The notes beneath the pieces are model-generated. The model searched no databases. It worked only from the letters and a program-made list of their open reading frames with translations, and was not told the DNA's origin. Both the position numbers and the translations under genes were made by a program. Source: an uncultured delta proteobacterium (GTDB taxonomy: Bacteria > Myxococcota_A > UBA9160 > UBA4427). Taken from it: a stretch of 64,000 bases of DNA. The stretch is from assembly GCA_963822965.1 (NCBI GenBank), contig CAWGJT010000006.1, forward strand, positions 576,001 to 640,000. The letters are read 5' to 3'. Positions 48,732-58,809 of the stretch are shown one piece after another; position 1 is the first letter of the stretch; the number at the start of each line of letters is the position of its first letter.

Positions 48732-50429
48732 ATGGACGACCTGCAGAAGGCCTGGCAACAGCTCACCGCCCCCGGCGCACCGTTCGCGTGGTCGATCCGC
48801 GACGTGGCGGGACGTCCAATGCGGACCTACGACGCGGCGCCGCCCACCCTGCGCGCCATCTGGGAAGGCTCGGCGGTCCACGGCGACAACGAGTACCTGG
48901 TCTACGGCGACGAGCGCATCACCTACAGGCAGGCCCACGAGATGGTGGCCCAGCTCGCGGCCTACCTCGCCTCCCAGGGGGTCGGCCCCGGCGACCGCGT
49001 CGCGATCGCCATGCGCAACTATCCCGAGTGGGCCCTCGCCTACTGGGCGACCGTCTCCGTCGGCGCGGCCGTGGTCGGCATGAACGCCTGGTGGACCGGC
49101 GCCGAGATGGAGTACGGGCTCCAGGACTCGACGCCGAAGGTGCTGATCTGCGACGTGGAGCGGCTCCGCACCCTGGCGCCGCACCTCGACGCCGTCCGTC
49201 GCAAGAGCCCCCTCGAGATCGTCGTGGTGCGCGCGCCCGCTGAGCTTCCGGTCCCCGCCGTGCGCTGGGAGGAGATCATCCGCACGCCCGCGGCGGGCCT
49301 GCCCACGGTGCAGATCGAGCCCGAGGACGACGCCTGCGTGTTCTACACGTCGGGTACCACGGGCTTTCCGAAGGGCGCCGTGATGACCCACCGCGCCGTC
49401 GTGTCGAACCTCATGAATCTGGCGTTCGGCACCCTGGTGATGACCGTCGCGCGCAAGAACCACAAGTCCGTCGAGGCCGCCGCCGAGGCCGGCAGTCGAC
49501 CCCTCACGGCGTTGCTGGCGGTACCCCTCTTCCACGTCACCGGCTGCAACTGCTGTCTGCATCCCATCACCGCCCAGGGCGGCCGCCTCATCCTGATGTA
49601 CAAGTGGAACCCCGCCGAGGCCCTGGACATCATCGAGCGCGAGCGCGTGAGCGTCTTCACGGGCGTGCCGATGATGTCGCGCGAGCTGGTGGAGCACCCC
49701 GACTTCGCCCGGCGCGACACCTCGACCATCTCCAGCCTGGGCGGCGGCGGCGCAGCCGTGCAGCCCGACCTCGTGGACAAGATCGAGAAGAAGCTCTCCC
49801 GGGGCCGCCCGGCCACCGGCTACGGGCTGACCGAGACCTGCGGCGTGGTGTCCGTCAACTCCGGCGACTTCTTCGTCGACAAGCCGAAGACCGTGGGCCC
49901 GCCGCTCCCGGTGGTCGAGGCGAAGATCGTGGACGACCGGGGCGACGAGGTGCCGCGGGGCCAGGTGGGCGAGCTCGCGGTGTACGGACCGAACAACGTG
50001 CGCGGCTACCTCAACAAGCCCGAGGCCACCGCCGAGGCGTTTCCCGAGGGCTGGTTCCGCACCGGCGACCTCGCGACCATGGACGAGGACGGCTTCATCT
50101 CCATCGTCGACCGCGCCAAGGACATGGTGCTGCGCGGGGGCGAGAACATCTACTGCGCCGAGGTGGAGGCCGCCCTCTTCGGTCACCCCGCCGTGAAGGA
50201 GTGCGCGGTGTTCGCGGTGCCGGACGACCGCTTCGGCGAGGTGCCCGGCGCCGCCGTGGTGTGCAAGCCCGGGCAGCGCGTCGGCGAGGACGAGCTGCGT
50301 AAGTTCGCCGCCAAGCGCATCGCCTCGTTCAAGATTCCCGTCCACTTCTGGTTCCTGGACGAGGACCTGCCGCGCAACGCCAACGGGAAGTTCCTGAAGC
50401 GCGAGCTGAAGGAACGGCTGCTGAAGTAG
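48732..50429 (+). CDS. Class I adenylate-forming enzyme (long-chain acyl-CoA ligase-like)
   Basis: YTSGTTGFPKG, PLFHVTG, GYGLTET, FRTGD, DRAKDM..RGGEN, PRNANGK. Confidence 0.94.
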   Translation: MDDLQKAWQQLTAPGAPFAWSIRDVAGRPMRTYDAAPPTLRAIWEGSAVHGDNEYLVYGDERITYRQAHEMVAQLAAYLASQGVGPGDRVAIAMRNYPEWALAYWATVSVGAAVVGMNAWWTGAEMEYGLQDSTPKVLICDVERLRTLAPHLDAVRRKSPLEIVVVRAPAELPVPAVRWEEIIRTPAAGLPTVQIEPEDDACVFYTSGTTGFPKGAVMTHRAVVSNLMNLAFGTLVMTVARKNHKSVEAAAEAGSRPLTALLAVPLFHVTGCNCCLHPITAQGGRLILMYKWNPAEALDIIERERVSVFTGVPMMSRELVEHPDFARRDTSTISSLGGGGAAVQPDLVDKIEKKLSRGRPATGYGLTETCGVVSVNSGDFFVDKPKTVGPPLPVVEAKIVDDRGDEVPRGQVGELAVYGPNNVRGYLNKPEATAEAFPEGWFRTGDLATMDEDGFISIVDRAKDMVLRGGENIYCAEVEAALFGHPAVKECAVFAVPDDRFGEVPGAAVVCKPGQRVGEDELRKFAAKRIASFKIPVHFWFLDEDLPRNANGKFLKRELKERLLK

Positions 50430-50433
50430 GCCT

Positions 50434-52983
50434 CTACCGCTCCGTAGGCGCCGCGTCCGCCAGGGTTTGGACGGTGTACCACGCCTCGGCGGACCACAGC
50501 GGACGGCCGCCATCGCTCGTGAAGCGGCTCTTCGCGAGGCGCAGGTGCACCACGCGTTCCGCGTGCAGACCGGGGACGACGAGCCGGACACGCCGGCGAT
50601 CGTCCGACCAGGCCAGCGACCGTACCGGAAGGGCTTCGACCTCCGGCCCGGGCCCGCCGGACGGGGCGTCCTGCGGAGGGCGCCACTGCTCGAGCGCGTA
50701 GTCCTCGAGCTGCGCACCCGAGCCGGGCGCCGCGGGCTCGGTGAGCTCGATCTCGAAGCCTTCCGGTCGCAGGTGTACGGCCCGCATCTCGAAGGTGGGG
50801 CGACCGTTCCAGGCGAGGCGCTGCAGGACGAAGCGTTCCTCGTCCACCCCTGCCCCGTTCCGCACACCGCCGAAGCCGCCCGGATCGCCGAGACCGCCCA
50901 GATAGAGACGCCCGTCTGGCCCCCACACCAGGCGCCGCACCCCCGCCTCGAATCCCCGGGAGAAGGGGAACACCGCGCCCTGCAGCGCGCTTCCCACGAG
51001 CTCGAGGGAAACGCGCTCGAGCCCGCCGAGGACGGCGTCCGCAACCACCAGCTGGTCGCCATAGGGACCGACGTCGAGGGGGGCCAGCTGCCCCGGTGCG
51101 CCTTCGGCCTCGGGGTCCCGGAGCCAGACCGCGGGCGCGATCGCGGCGAGCGACGGGGCGCCCTCGACGCCGGCGGAGAGGGCCAGCAGCCTGCTCGCGG
51201 GCAACGAGTCCCCAGCGGCCTCGGTCACGTACAGGCGGCCGAGGGGGCCAGAGCCGACACCGCCCGGCAAGCGAGGTCCGCGGGCGACGAGGCACGGGGC
51301 GCCGTCGGCGCGCTCGATGCGCACGAGCCGCCCGCGATCGAGCGCCGGCGAATCGGCCGGACGCCCGGGAGCGCCGAGCGCCGCGTAGAAGGAGCCGTCG
51401 CGATACGCGAGTCCGCCCGGCGCTGCGTAGAAGGCGCCGGCGCGATCGGCCGCTCCGGCGGCGGGCGCGTCGTCGAGCCCCGTCGTCAGGGGCCAGTCCT
51501 GGCAGACGGTGCGGTACTCGTCCACCACGCCGTCGCCGTCGCGATCGACGAGCTGGGTGAGCTCGGGCTTCTGGAGCACGAAGATCTCGTCGTCGACGAC
51601 CTCCAGGCCGACGGGCGCGTCGAGCCCCGCGGCGATGCGCTTCACGCGGGGCGTCGGTGGATCGGCGAGCAGGCCCTCGACGAGGTACACGCCGCCGATC
51701 GCATCCGAGCTCGCGACCGCCAGCCGGCCGTCGGACAGGAAGGCCAGCCCGCCCACGTGCGGTCGGAAGCCCGGCGTCGGGATCGTCTCGAGATCGAAGC
51801 TCGGGTGCACCGTTTCGAGGGCGAGCCCGTCGGCGGGACCGGCCGCGGGCTCGACGGTGCCCGGCCAGAGCCCGCGCAGGAAGCGGACGGACCGGGCGAG
51901 GGCATCGTGCCACCTCGAAGCGGGGCCGTGCGCGGGAGGCGTGGGTGGGGCCGGCGGCCCGGTGGATTCGAGGGAGAGGATCCACTCGACCATCACCCGG
52001 GCGTCGGCCTCGGGCAGCACGGGATGGGCCGACATCGCGTCGTCACCCCACACCCCGGAGCCGCCTTCCACGAGCTTGTGGGCGAGCGCCTCGGCGTCGT
52101 CCGGTCCGTAGCGCGCGGCGAGGCTCCGGAACGCCGGGCCCACGGTGCCGCGCTCCAGGGCGTGACAGGCGAGACAATCGTTCTGCTCCACCAGCAGCTG
52201 ACCGCGAGGACGTTCATCCGCGGTCGAGGTCATGGGCAAGAGACCCGGCTCACCCCGCAGTCGCAGGACCAGTCGGGTCTCCGCGTTGCCGCGCAGGGCG
52301 AGTCGACCGGCGGCCTGCGCGTCGCCGAAGGTGCGGCGCGGGCGGAAGTCGCCGTCGGTCTCCACGTCGACGTGGGGGTCGAGGGGACCCAGCGCGACGT
52401 CCAGCAGGACCGACGCGCCCTCCGGCACGCCGCGGGTCACGAAGCGCCGCTCGAAGCCCACGGCCCCGGAAGGGCCCGTCACCCGGCGCGGCGTCTCGTC
52501 GATGCGAATGCGCCCGATCTCGTCGGCGACGAGCTCGTAGCGCAACGTGGGGCGCTCGTCGTCGAGGACGTGCCCCAGGTATCGGACGCGCGGGCGCAGG
52601 TCGCGACCGCCGAGCCGGACCCGCCAGGGCTCCGGATAGCGATTCACGAGCCAGGCGTTTCCGCGGCTCCGCAGGTTCGGGCCTCGTGCGCCCCCGTCCC
52701 GCGCGTCGAAGACGCCGTCGCGCCACACCTTGAAGAGGGAGACCCGATCCACCTCCCAGGCGGCCCACAGCTGTGGAGCGACCTCCGCGACGAGAACGCG
52801 CGACCGACCGTCGAGGGCCGAGCGGAACACGCGGGGCGCGACCTCGTGGCGCAGCGCCGTCGGCGGGGTGGCGGACCGGGGCTCGGAGCATCCGAGCGTC
52901 GTCCCGAGGCCGAACGCGAGCACGACCGCGGACGCCGGCCACGACCGCACCGCCAGCCGCCCGAGGAGACGAGAGCGCCTCAT
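50434..52983 (-). CDS. Lipoprotein with class I cytochrome c domain and glucose/sorbosone-dehydrogenase-like beta-propeller
   Basis: LGC lipobox; CLACH...VGPAF...GVWG..AMSAHP; VGGLAFLSDGRL, GLDAPVGL, DRDGDGVVD; ATGA overlap. Confidence 0.78.
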   Translation of the reverse strand: MRRSRLLGRLAVRSWPASAVVLAFGLGTTLGCSEPRSATPPTALRHEVAPRVFRSALDGRSRVLVAEVAPQLWAAWEVDRVSLFKVWRDGVFDARDGGARGPNLRSRGNAWLVNRYPEPWRVRLGGRDLRPRVRYLGHVLDDERPTLRYELVADEIGRIRIDETPRRVTGPSGAVGFERRFVTRGVPEGASVLLDVALGPLDPHVDVETDGDFRPRRTFGDAQAAGRLALRGNAETRLVLRLRGEPGLLPMTSTADERPRGQLLVEQNDCLACHALERGTVGPAFRSLAARYGPDDAEALAHKLVEGGSGVWGDDAMSAHPVLPEADARVMVEWILSLESTGPPAPPTPPAHGPASRWHDALARSVRFLRGLWPGTVEPAAGPADGLALETVHPSFDLETIPTPGFRPHVGGLAFLSDGRLAVASSDAIGGVYLVEGLLADPPTPRVKRIAAGLDAPVGLEVVDDEIFVLQKPELTQLVDRDGDGVVDEYRTVCQDWPLTTGLDDAPAAGAADRAGAFYAAPGGLAYRDGSFYAALGAPGRPADSPALDRGRLVRIERADGAPCLVARGPRLPGGVGSGPLGRLYVTEAAGDSLPASRLLALSAGVEGAPSLAAIAPAVWLRDPEAEGAPGQLAPLDVGPYGDQLVVADAVLGGLERVSLELVGSALQGAVFPFSRGFEAGVRRLVWGPDGRLYLGGLGDPGGFGGVRNGAGVDEERFVLQRLAWNGRPTFEMRAVHLRPEGFEIELTEPAAPGSGAQLEDYALEQWRPPQDAPSGGPGPEVEALPVRSLAWSDDRRRVRLVVPGLHAERVVHLRLAKSRFTSDGGRPLWSAEAWYTVQTLADAAPTER

Positions 52984-53975
52984 CCAGCGACCCGCACGAC
53001 CCGCTTGCCCACCGCGCGTCGCTCCTCGACGGCCGTCAGGGCCGCGGGCAGCTCGTCGAACGCGTGGATCGCCGTCACCCGGGGAACCAACGCGCCCTTC
53101 TCGTACAGCGCGTTCAGCTCGCGCTTCATCGCCACGCCGGTGGCCGCGTCCGGCGGGACGGCCAGGGCACCCAGCACGCCGGCGTTGCGCTGCACCAGCT
53201 CCCGGGTGCTGGCCCGGCCCCAGCTCCCGCTCGCGAAGCCCACGGCGAGCAGCCGGCCACCGTATGCCAGACAGCCCACCGAGCGTTCGAAGACCTCGCC
53301 GCCGACGGGGTCGAAGACGACGTCGACGCCGGCGGCACCGGTGAGCTCGCGAACGACGTCCAGCCAGTCGCCGGCGGCGGCGTCGATCACGAAGTCGGCG
53401 CCGTCGAGGCGGCAGGCCTCCACCTTCTCGGGCCCGCGGGCCACGGCGATCACCCGCGCGCCCAGGGCCCGGCCGAGCTGCACCGCGGCGAAGCCGGTAC
53501 CGCCCGCCGCGCCGTGGACCAGCAGGGTCTCTCCGGCGGCGAGTCCGGCGCGCACCACGAGGGCGAGGTACGCGGTGTGGTAGGCGATGGTGAACACCGC
53601 CGCGTGCTCGTCGGGCATGGCATCGGGCACCACGGCGGCGGAGCTCGCCACGACGAGGGCCTGCTCGGCGTGCCCGCCCCGCCCCGCGTAGAAGGCCGTC
53701 ACCCCCATCACCCGCTGGCCCGTCCGGAAGCCCGGACCGTCCGCCCCGGGCGGACCTTCTGCGAGCATGATGCCCACCACCTCGTGACCCGGGGTGAACG
53801 GCCGAGCCGGCTTGTACGCGTAGGTGTCGTGGCACATCAACACCTCCGGCAGGCTCACCCCGGCCATGCGAACGGCGACCAGAAGCTCGCCCGGACCGGG
53901 TACGGGCGCCTCCCGTTCGACCTGCTCGAGCACGTCGGCGGGCCTTCCCACGTCATTTACCACCCAGGCCTTCAT
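52980..53975 (-). CDS. NADPH:quinone oxidoreductase family (MDR)
   Basis: PFTPGHE, YHTAY, HGAAGGTG, VDVVFDPVGG, GFASG. Confidence 0.92.
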   Translation of the reverse strand: MKAWVVNDVGRPADVLEQVEREAPVPGPGELLVAVRMAGVSLPEVLMCHDTYAYKPARPFTPGHEVVGIMLAEGPPGADGPGFRTGQRVMGVTAFYAGRGGHAEQALVVASSAAVVPDAMPDEHAAVFTIAYHTAYLALVVRAGLAAGETLLVHGAAGGTGFAAVQLGRALGARVIAVARGPEKVEACRLDGADFVIDAAAGDWLDVVRELTGAAGVDVVFDPVGGEVFERSVGCLAYGGRLLAVGFASGSWGRASTRELVQRNAGVLGALAVPPDAATGVAMKRELNALYEKGALVPRVTAIHAFDELPAALTAVEERRAVGKRVVRVAG

Positions 53976-54079
53976 GCCTTCTCCGTAACGGGCCCGTCGC
54001 GAGCCGTAGCAGGTGTTCCCGGGCGCGCGGCCCCGAGGGCTTGAGAATCCCGGGCCGGACGATTAGGGTCAACACTTCG

Positions 54080-54874
54080 ATGCTGGCTCTGTACCACAAC
54101 GGGCTCTCGTCCTGCTCCCAGAAGGTCCGGCTCGCGCTGGCCGAGAAGGACCTCGCCTTCGAGTCCCACCCCGTCGACCTCCTCGCAGGCGAGCAGCACG
54201 ACCCGGCCTACGTGCAGCTCAACCCGGGCCACGTGGTCCCCACCCTGGTCCACGACGAGCACGTCCTGATCGAGTCGTCGCTGATCAACGAATACCTGGA
54301 CGAGGCCTTTCCCGCGCCGGCCCTGAGGCCCGCGCCCCCCGCCGCCCGCCACGCCATGCGGCTGTGGGTGAAGCGGATCGACGAGAAGGTGCACCCGGCG
54401 GCCGGTGTGATCACCTACGCGATCGGCCCGCGCTCGCTGCTCCTCCAGCAGCCCGCGAACGTCCGCGAGGCCACCCTGGCCGGCATTCCGGACGCCGCCC
54501 GCCGGGCCGCGCGACGCAGCGTGATCGAGCACGGAGTGGCGGCACCCGAGTTCGCGGGCGCCCTCGGACACTTCCTGGACCTGCTGGGCGACATGGAGCG
54601 CGCCCTCGCGGGCCCGGCGTGGCTCTCGGGCGACGTCTTCGGTCTGGCGGACGCGGCCGCCCTCCCCTACGTGCTGCGGCTCGACCACCTGGCGATGTCA
54701 CCCCTGCTGGCACCCGGCGTACGCCCGCGGGTCGCCGATTGGCTCGCGCGCGTGCAGGCCCGCCCGAGCTACGAGAAGGCCATCCATGCCTGGGCGCCCG
54801 ACTCCGTGGTCGACTTCTTCCGGAAGAACGGCGAGGAGGTCTGGGCCGACGTGGAGCCCCTCACCCGGCGTTAG
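54080..54874 (+). CDS. Glutathione S-transferase family protein
   Basis: SSCSQKVRLALAEK, NPGHVVPTL, ESSLINEYLDE, GLADAA. Confidence 0.92.
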   Translation: MLALYHNGLSSCSQKVRLALAEKDLAFESHPVDLLAGEQHDPAYVQLNPGHVVPTLVHDEHVLIESSLINEYLDEAFPAPALRPAPPAARHAMRLWVKRIDEKVHPAAGVITYAIGPRSLLLQQPANVREATLAGIPDAARRAARRSVIEHGVAAPEFAGALGHFLDLLGDMERALAGPAWLSGDVFGLADAAALPYVLRLDHLAMSPLLAPGVRPRVADWLARVQARPSYEKAIHAWAPDSVVDFFRKNGEEVWADVEPLTRR

Positions 54875-54902
54875 GCGACCGGTCCCTGCCTGGGCCCGCG
54901 GG

Positions 54903-56057
54903 TCACGCCAGGCGCCCGCCCTCCTCGAGGGGCATCTCGGCCAGCATGCGGCCGATGCGCCGCAGCTGCTCGGTACCGCCCCCGAGATCGAGCTCGAGCT
55001 GCTTCGCGAACAGGTAGAAGCGATGCACGGGGTAGTCCCGGTCGACGCCCATGCCGCCGTGCAGGTGCTGCGAGGCCGCCACGACCCGGGCGCCGGCCTC
55101 GGCGACCCAGAACTTGGCGAGCGCCACCTCGCGCTCGGCGGGCAGCCCGGCCGCGATGCGCCAGCAAGCCTGTAGGGTGGTGAGACGCATGCCCTGGACG
55201 TCGATGAAGGCGTCGGCGGCCCGGTGTCCCACCGCCTGGAACATCGCGATCGGCTGCCCGAACTGCTTGCGCTCCTTCACGTAGGCGGCGGTGCGGGACA
55301 GGGCCTCCTCGCACACGCCGAGACCCAGGGCGCACTGCGCGGCGGTCGCGCGCAGCAGCATCCACTCCAGCACGAGACGGCCCGCCGCCACGCCGCCCAG
55401 GACGGAGTCGGCGGGCACGCGCACGGCGTCCAGCTCGAGCAGCGAGGCCGGCTGGCCGGAGGTCGTGGCCAGGGGCACCTGCTCGACGCCCGGCGCGCCC
55501 GGATCGACGAGGAAGACCGCGGCGTCGTCTCCCTCCCCTTCGGCGAACGACGCCGGAACGAGCAGGAGGTCGGCGAGACCGCCGGCGGGCACGGGCAGCT
55601 TGCGCCCGCTCAGCACGAACCCGTCGCCGTCCCGGCGCGCACGGGTGGCGGGATGCGCCGGGTCGGCCAGGTCCTCCTGCAGGGCTGCGGACAGGATCGC
55701 CTTCCCCGCCGCCACCCGCGGCAGCCAGGCCTGCTTCTGCGCCTCGCTTCCGAACTCCGCCAGCGGCAGTGCACCGCCCACCACGGTCTCCGCGTAGGGG
55801 GCCGCGACCGTGTGGCGTCCCAGCTGCTCGCAGATCGCGGCCACCTCGAGGAAGCCCAGGCCCGCACCGCCGTACGCCTCGGGCACCGCCGTGCCCAGCA
55901 GCCCCGACTCCGCGAGCTGGGTCCACAGCGCCGGGTCGAAGCGCGGGCCGCCGCTCCGCTCGACGGCGCGCTGCCGCTCGTGGCTGCTCTCCTCCGCCAG
56001 AAGCTTGGCGGCCAGATCGATGATGGCCTGCTGGTCGTCGTCGTACGCGAAGTCCAT
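54903..56057 (-). CDS. Acyl-CoA dehydrogenase, FadE27/ChsE5-like partner subunit
   Basis: MDF...RFDPALW, RKQFGQPIAMFQAV, QHLHGGMG, KQLELDLGGGTEQLRRIG. Confidence 0.88.
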   Translation of the reverse strand: MDFAYDDDQQAIIDLAAKLLAEESSHERQRAVERSGGPRFDPALWTQLAESGLLGTAVPEAYGGAGLGFLEVAAICEQLGRHTVAAPYAETVVGGALPLAEFGSEAQKQAWLPRVAAGKAILSAALQEDLADPAHPATRARRDGDGFVLSGRKLPVPAGGLADLLLVPASFAEGEGDDAAVFLVDPGAPGVEQVPLATTSGQPASLLELDAVRVPADSVLGGVAAGRLVLEWMLLRATAAQCALGLGVCEEALSRTAAYVKERKQFGQPIAMFQAVGHRAADAFIDVQGMRLTTLQACWRIAAGLPAEREVALAKFWVAEAGARVVAASQHLHGGMGVDRDYPVHRFYLFAKQLELDLGGGTEQLRRIGRMLAEMPLEEGGRLA

Positions 56058-56065
56058 GACCGCCC

Positions 56066-57244
56066 CTACATCCGCGGGACCCGGGGCAGCCCCAGGCCGA
56101 AGAGTCCGATGAGATCGCGCTGCACCTCGTTCGTGCCGCCACCGAAGGTGAGGATGAGGAGCGAGCGGTAGAAATTCTCGAGCTGCCCGGAGATCACCGC
56201 CTGCGGCGACTCGTGCGTCAGGTAGGCTCGCGGCCCGACCACCTCCATCATGAGCCGGATGGCCTGCATGTAGAACTCGGTGCCGAAGACCTTGAGGGCC
56301 GACGCGTCCTGCACGGCCAGGCCTCCCTGGGTGGCGTCCCAGGCCACCTTCCAGTTGGCCAGGCGCAGGAACTCGATGCCCGACCACACCCGGGCCAGGT
56401 TCGTCTGCACCCACTCCTGGTCGATCACGCGGGTCCCGTCCGCGCGCTTCGTCTCCCGGGCCCAGCGCAGGACCGCGTCGAACGTGCCCTCCATCATGCC
56501 CGACGAGCACAGGGTCACCCGTTCGTGGTTGAGCTGGCTGGTGATGAGCTTCCATCCGCGATTCTCGCCGCCCACGAGATAGCGGGCGGGGACGCGCACG
56601 TCGTCGAAGAACGTGGTGTTGATGTCGTGCGCCGAGAGGAGATCCATCGGCTCGACCCGGATGCCCGGCGTCTTCATGTCCACGACGAACATGGAGATGC
56701 CGCCGTGCTTGGCGGCGTCCGGGTCCGTGCGGGCCGCCAGCCAGATGTAGTCGGCGTCGCTCGCGAGGCTGGTGAAGACCTTCTGGCCGTTGATCACGTA
56801 GTCGTCGCCCTGGCGATCGGCCCGCGTCTTGAGCGAGGCGAGATCGGTGCCGGCGCCGGGCTCCGTGTACCCGATGCAGAAGAGAATCTCGCCCGCCGTG
56901 ATGCGCGGCAGGAGCTCGCGCTTGATCTCGGAGCTTCCGTTCGAGTAGAGCGTGGGACCCACGGTGTTGATGGTGAGCATGGGCACGGGCGAGCCGCAGC
57001 GCATCGACTCGTCGAAGAAGATGAACTGCTCGATCTGCGAGCGCCCCTGCCCGCCGTACTCGGCCGGCCAGCCGATGCCCAGCCAGCCGTCCCGGCCCAT
57101 CTGCCGGATCACCTGACGGTGCACCGGCCCGCAGCCCGCCTCGCGGTGGAGCGCCTCGCGGATCTCCGGCGTGAGGAGGTCCGCGTAGTACGCGCGCAGC
57201 TCGCGCCGCAGGGCCTGCTGGTCCGCGCTGAGTCCGATGTACAT
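56066..57244 (-). CDS. Acyl-CoA dehydrogenase, FadE26/ChsE4-like catalytic subunit
   Basis: LRRELRAYY, GWPAEYGGQG, IGYTEPGAGTDLASL, QLNHER, TFGGGTNEVQRD. Confidence 0.9.
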   Translation of the reverse strand: MYIGLSADQQALRRELRAYYADLLTPEIREALHREAGCGPVHRQVIRQMGRDGWLGIGWPAEYGGQGRSQIEQFIFFDESMRCGSPVPMLTINTVGPTLYSNGSSEIKRELLPRITAGEILFCIGYTEPGAGTDLASLKTRADRQGDDYVINGQKVFTSLASDADYIWLAARTDPDAAKHGGISMFVVDMKTPGIRVEPMDLLSAHDINTTFFDDVRVPARYLVGGENRGWKLITSQLNHERVTLCSSGMMEGTFDAVLRWARETKRADGTRVIDQEWVQTNLARVWSGIEFLRLANWKVAWDATQGGLAVQDASALKVFGTEFYMQAIRLMMEVVGPRAYLTHESPQAVISGQLENFYRSLLILTFGGGTNEVQRDLIGLFGLGLPRVPRM

Positions 57245-57366
57245 GAAGCCTCCTGCATCCTCCCGCGAGTGTGGGATGGACCCTTCGGGGCACTCTTGGT
57301 AGCGCAACGCCCACGGACGGGCCGGGGTGCGGTAGCGTGACGGGGACGAAGCAGGGAGGAGGCACC

Positions 57367-58272
57367 GTGTCCGAGAACGCCGCCGCCGGGGAGGACGGGG
57401 CAGCCATCCGGCTGCTGCCGCTGGTGCAGGACGGGCTCGTGGCGGGGCTGCTGGGCGCATTCGCGGTGGCGCTCTCGCACCTGGTGGCCGACAGCCTGGC
57501 CGGCTCTCCCCTGCACACGCCGAGCGTCCTCGGCGTGTTGCTCGCCGACGGCGCCGAGGCGGCGCGCAACGCTTCCCCCGACGTGGAGTCGGCCTTCCGC
57601 TTCACCTGCATCCACATGGCGGTCTGGGTGGCGCTGGGCGTCGGGGCCTCCAGCCTGGTGTCGCTGGTCGACACGCGGCCGCGCTTCGCATCGGTGGTCT
57701 TCGCCTCGCTCACGTTCTTCTTCGTGAGCCTGACCTACGTGGCTGGCGGCTTCTCGGTTCCGGGGCTCCGTCCGCTGCATCTGTGGCTCGGCACCGTGGT
57801 CGGTGCCGCCGTCTCGGCGGGCTATCTCGTGTGGCGACATCCGACGCTCGTCCCGCACATCGAGCGGGAGCACCTGACGGAGACCACACGCCGGGAGCTG
57901 GCGCGCGCGCTGGCTCACGAAACCGCCGGCTACGCCGCCTACCAGGCGGCTGCTGCGCGCTTTCCCGACTCGGCCCTGCGGGGGCTCCTCGAAGAGAAGC
58001 TGGGGCGTGTGGAGACCCTGCAGCAGCTCGTGGCCGGGCTCGACCTGGAGCCAGGCGAGCCGGAGGCAACCCAGCCCGCCTGGCAGGCGGAGAGCTTCGA
58101 GGCCGCCCTGGTCGCGGCCCTGGCGTTCGAGCGCGAGACGATCGCACTCTACGACCGCTACCTGGCGGCCGTCCCCGAGATGAAGGTGCGCGACGTGTTC
58201 CTGCGTCTCCGCTACCACGCCCTCGACAGCACGATCCCGAAGCTCGAGCAGGCGCGAACGCCGGACGCGTGA
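57367..58272 (+). CDS. Membrane protein fused to a C-terminal ferritin-like domain
   Basis: GGAGGAGG RBS + GTG; about four hydrophobic segments, then ALAHETAGYAAY...ALAFERETIALYDRYL...VRDVFLRL. Confidence 0.7.
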   Translation: MSENAAAGEDGAAIRLLPLVQDGLVAGLLGAFAVALSHLVADSLAGSPLHTPSVLGVLLADGAEAARNASPDVESAFRFTCIHMAVWVALGVGASSLVSLVDTRPRFASVVFASLTFFFVSLTYVAGGFSVPGLRPLHLWLGTVVGAAVSAGYLVWRHPTLVPHIEREHLTETTRRELARALAHETAGYAAYQAAAARFPDSALRGLLEEKLGRVETLQQLVAGLDLEPGEPEATQPAWQAESFEAALVAALAFERETIALYDRYLAAVPEMKVRDVFLRLRYHALDSTIPKLEQARTPDA

Positions 58273-58398
58273 CGCCGGCCGCGTCCCGGGTCGCTTTTTT
58301 CGCGCGGGCCTTCCCGGGTACCTTTTCTCGCGCGGGGGCCTGCCCGGCAGACTGAGCTTCCGCGCGGGCCTGCCCGGCCCCACCCGGGAGACTTGGCG

Positions 58399-58761
58399 AT
58401 GATCCGCACCCACGGTCTCAACCACATCAGCCTGTCCGTGCGCGATCCCGACGTCTCACTCGCCTTCTACGAGCGGCTCTTCGGCGTTCGCGAGTACCAC
58501 CGCGAGGCAGACTCGATCCAGGTGCTGGGCCCGGGACCCCACGATGTGCTCGTCTTCGAGCGACGCGAGGGACCTGGGGTGCGCGGCGGCGTCGATCACT
58601 TCGGCTTCCGCCTCACCGACCCGAACGACATCCACGACGCCATCGCGCAGGCGGAGGCCGCCGGCGCCCGCATCCTGCGCCACGGCGAGTTCGCACCGGG
58701 GCTGCCCTACCTCTACCTCGAAGACCCGGACGGCTACACGATCGAAGTCTGGTACGAGTGA
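58399..58761 (+). CDS. VOC/glyoxalase family protein
   Basis: LNHISLSVRD...FY..LFG, DHFGF, YLEDPDGYTIE. Confidence 0.92.
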   Translation: MIRTHGLNHISLSVRDPDVSLAFYERLFGVREYHREADSIQVLGPGPHDVLVFERREGPGVRGGVDHFGFRLTDPNDIHDAIAQAEAAGARILRHGEFAPGLPYLYLEDPDGYTIEVWYE

Positions 58762-58809
58762 AGCGAAGGCGCGCGCGATTCGCGCGGCCAGGAAGGGACG
58801 GTTCGGTCT

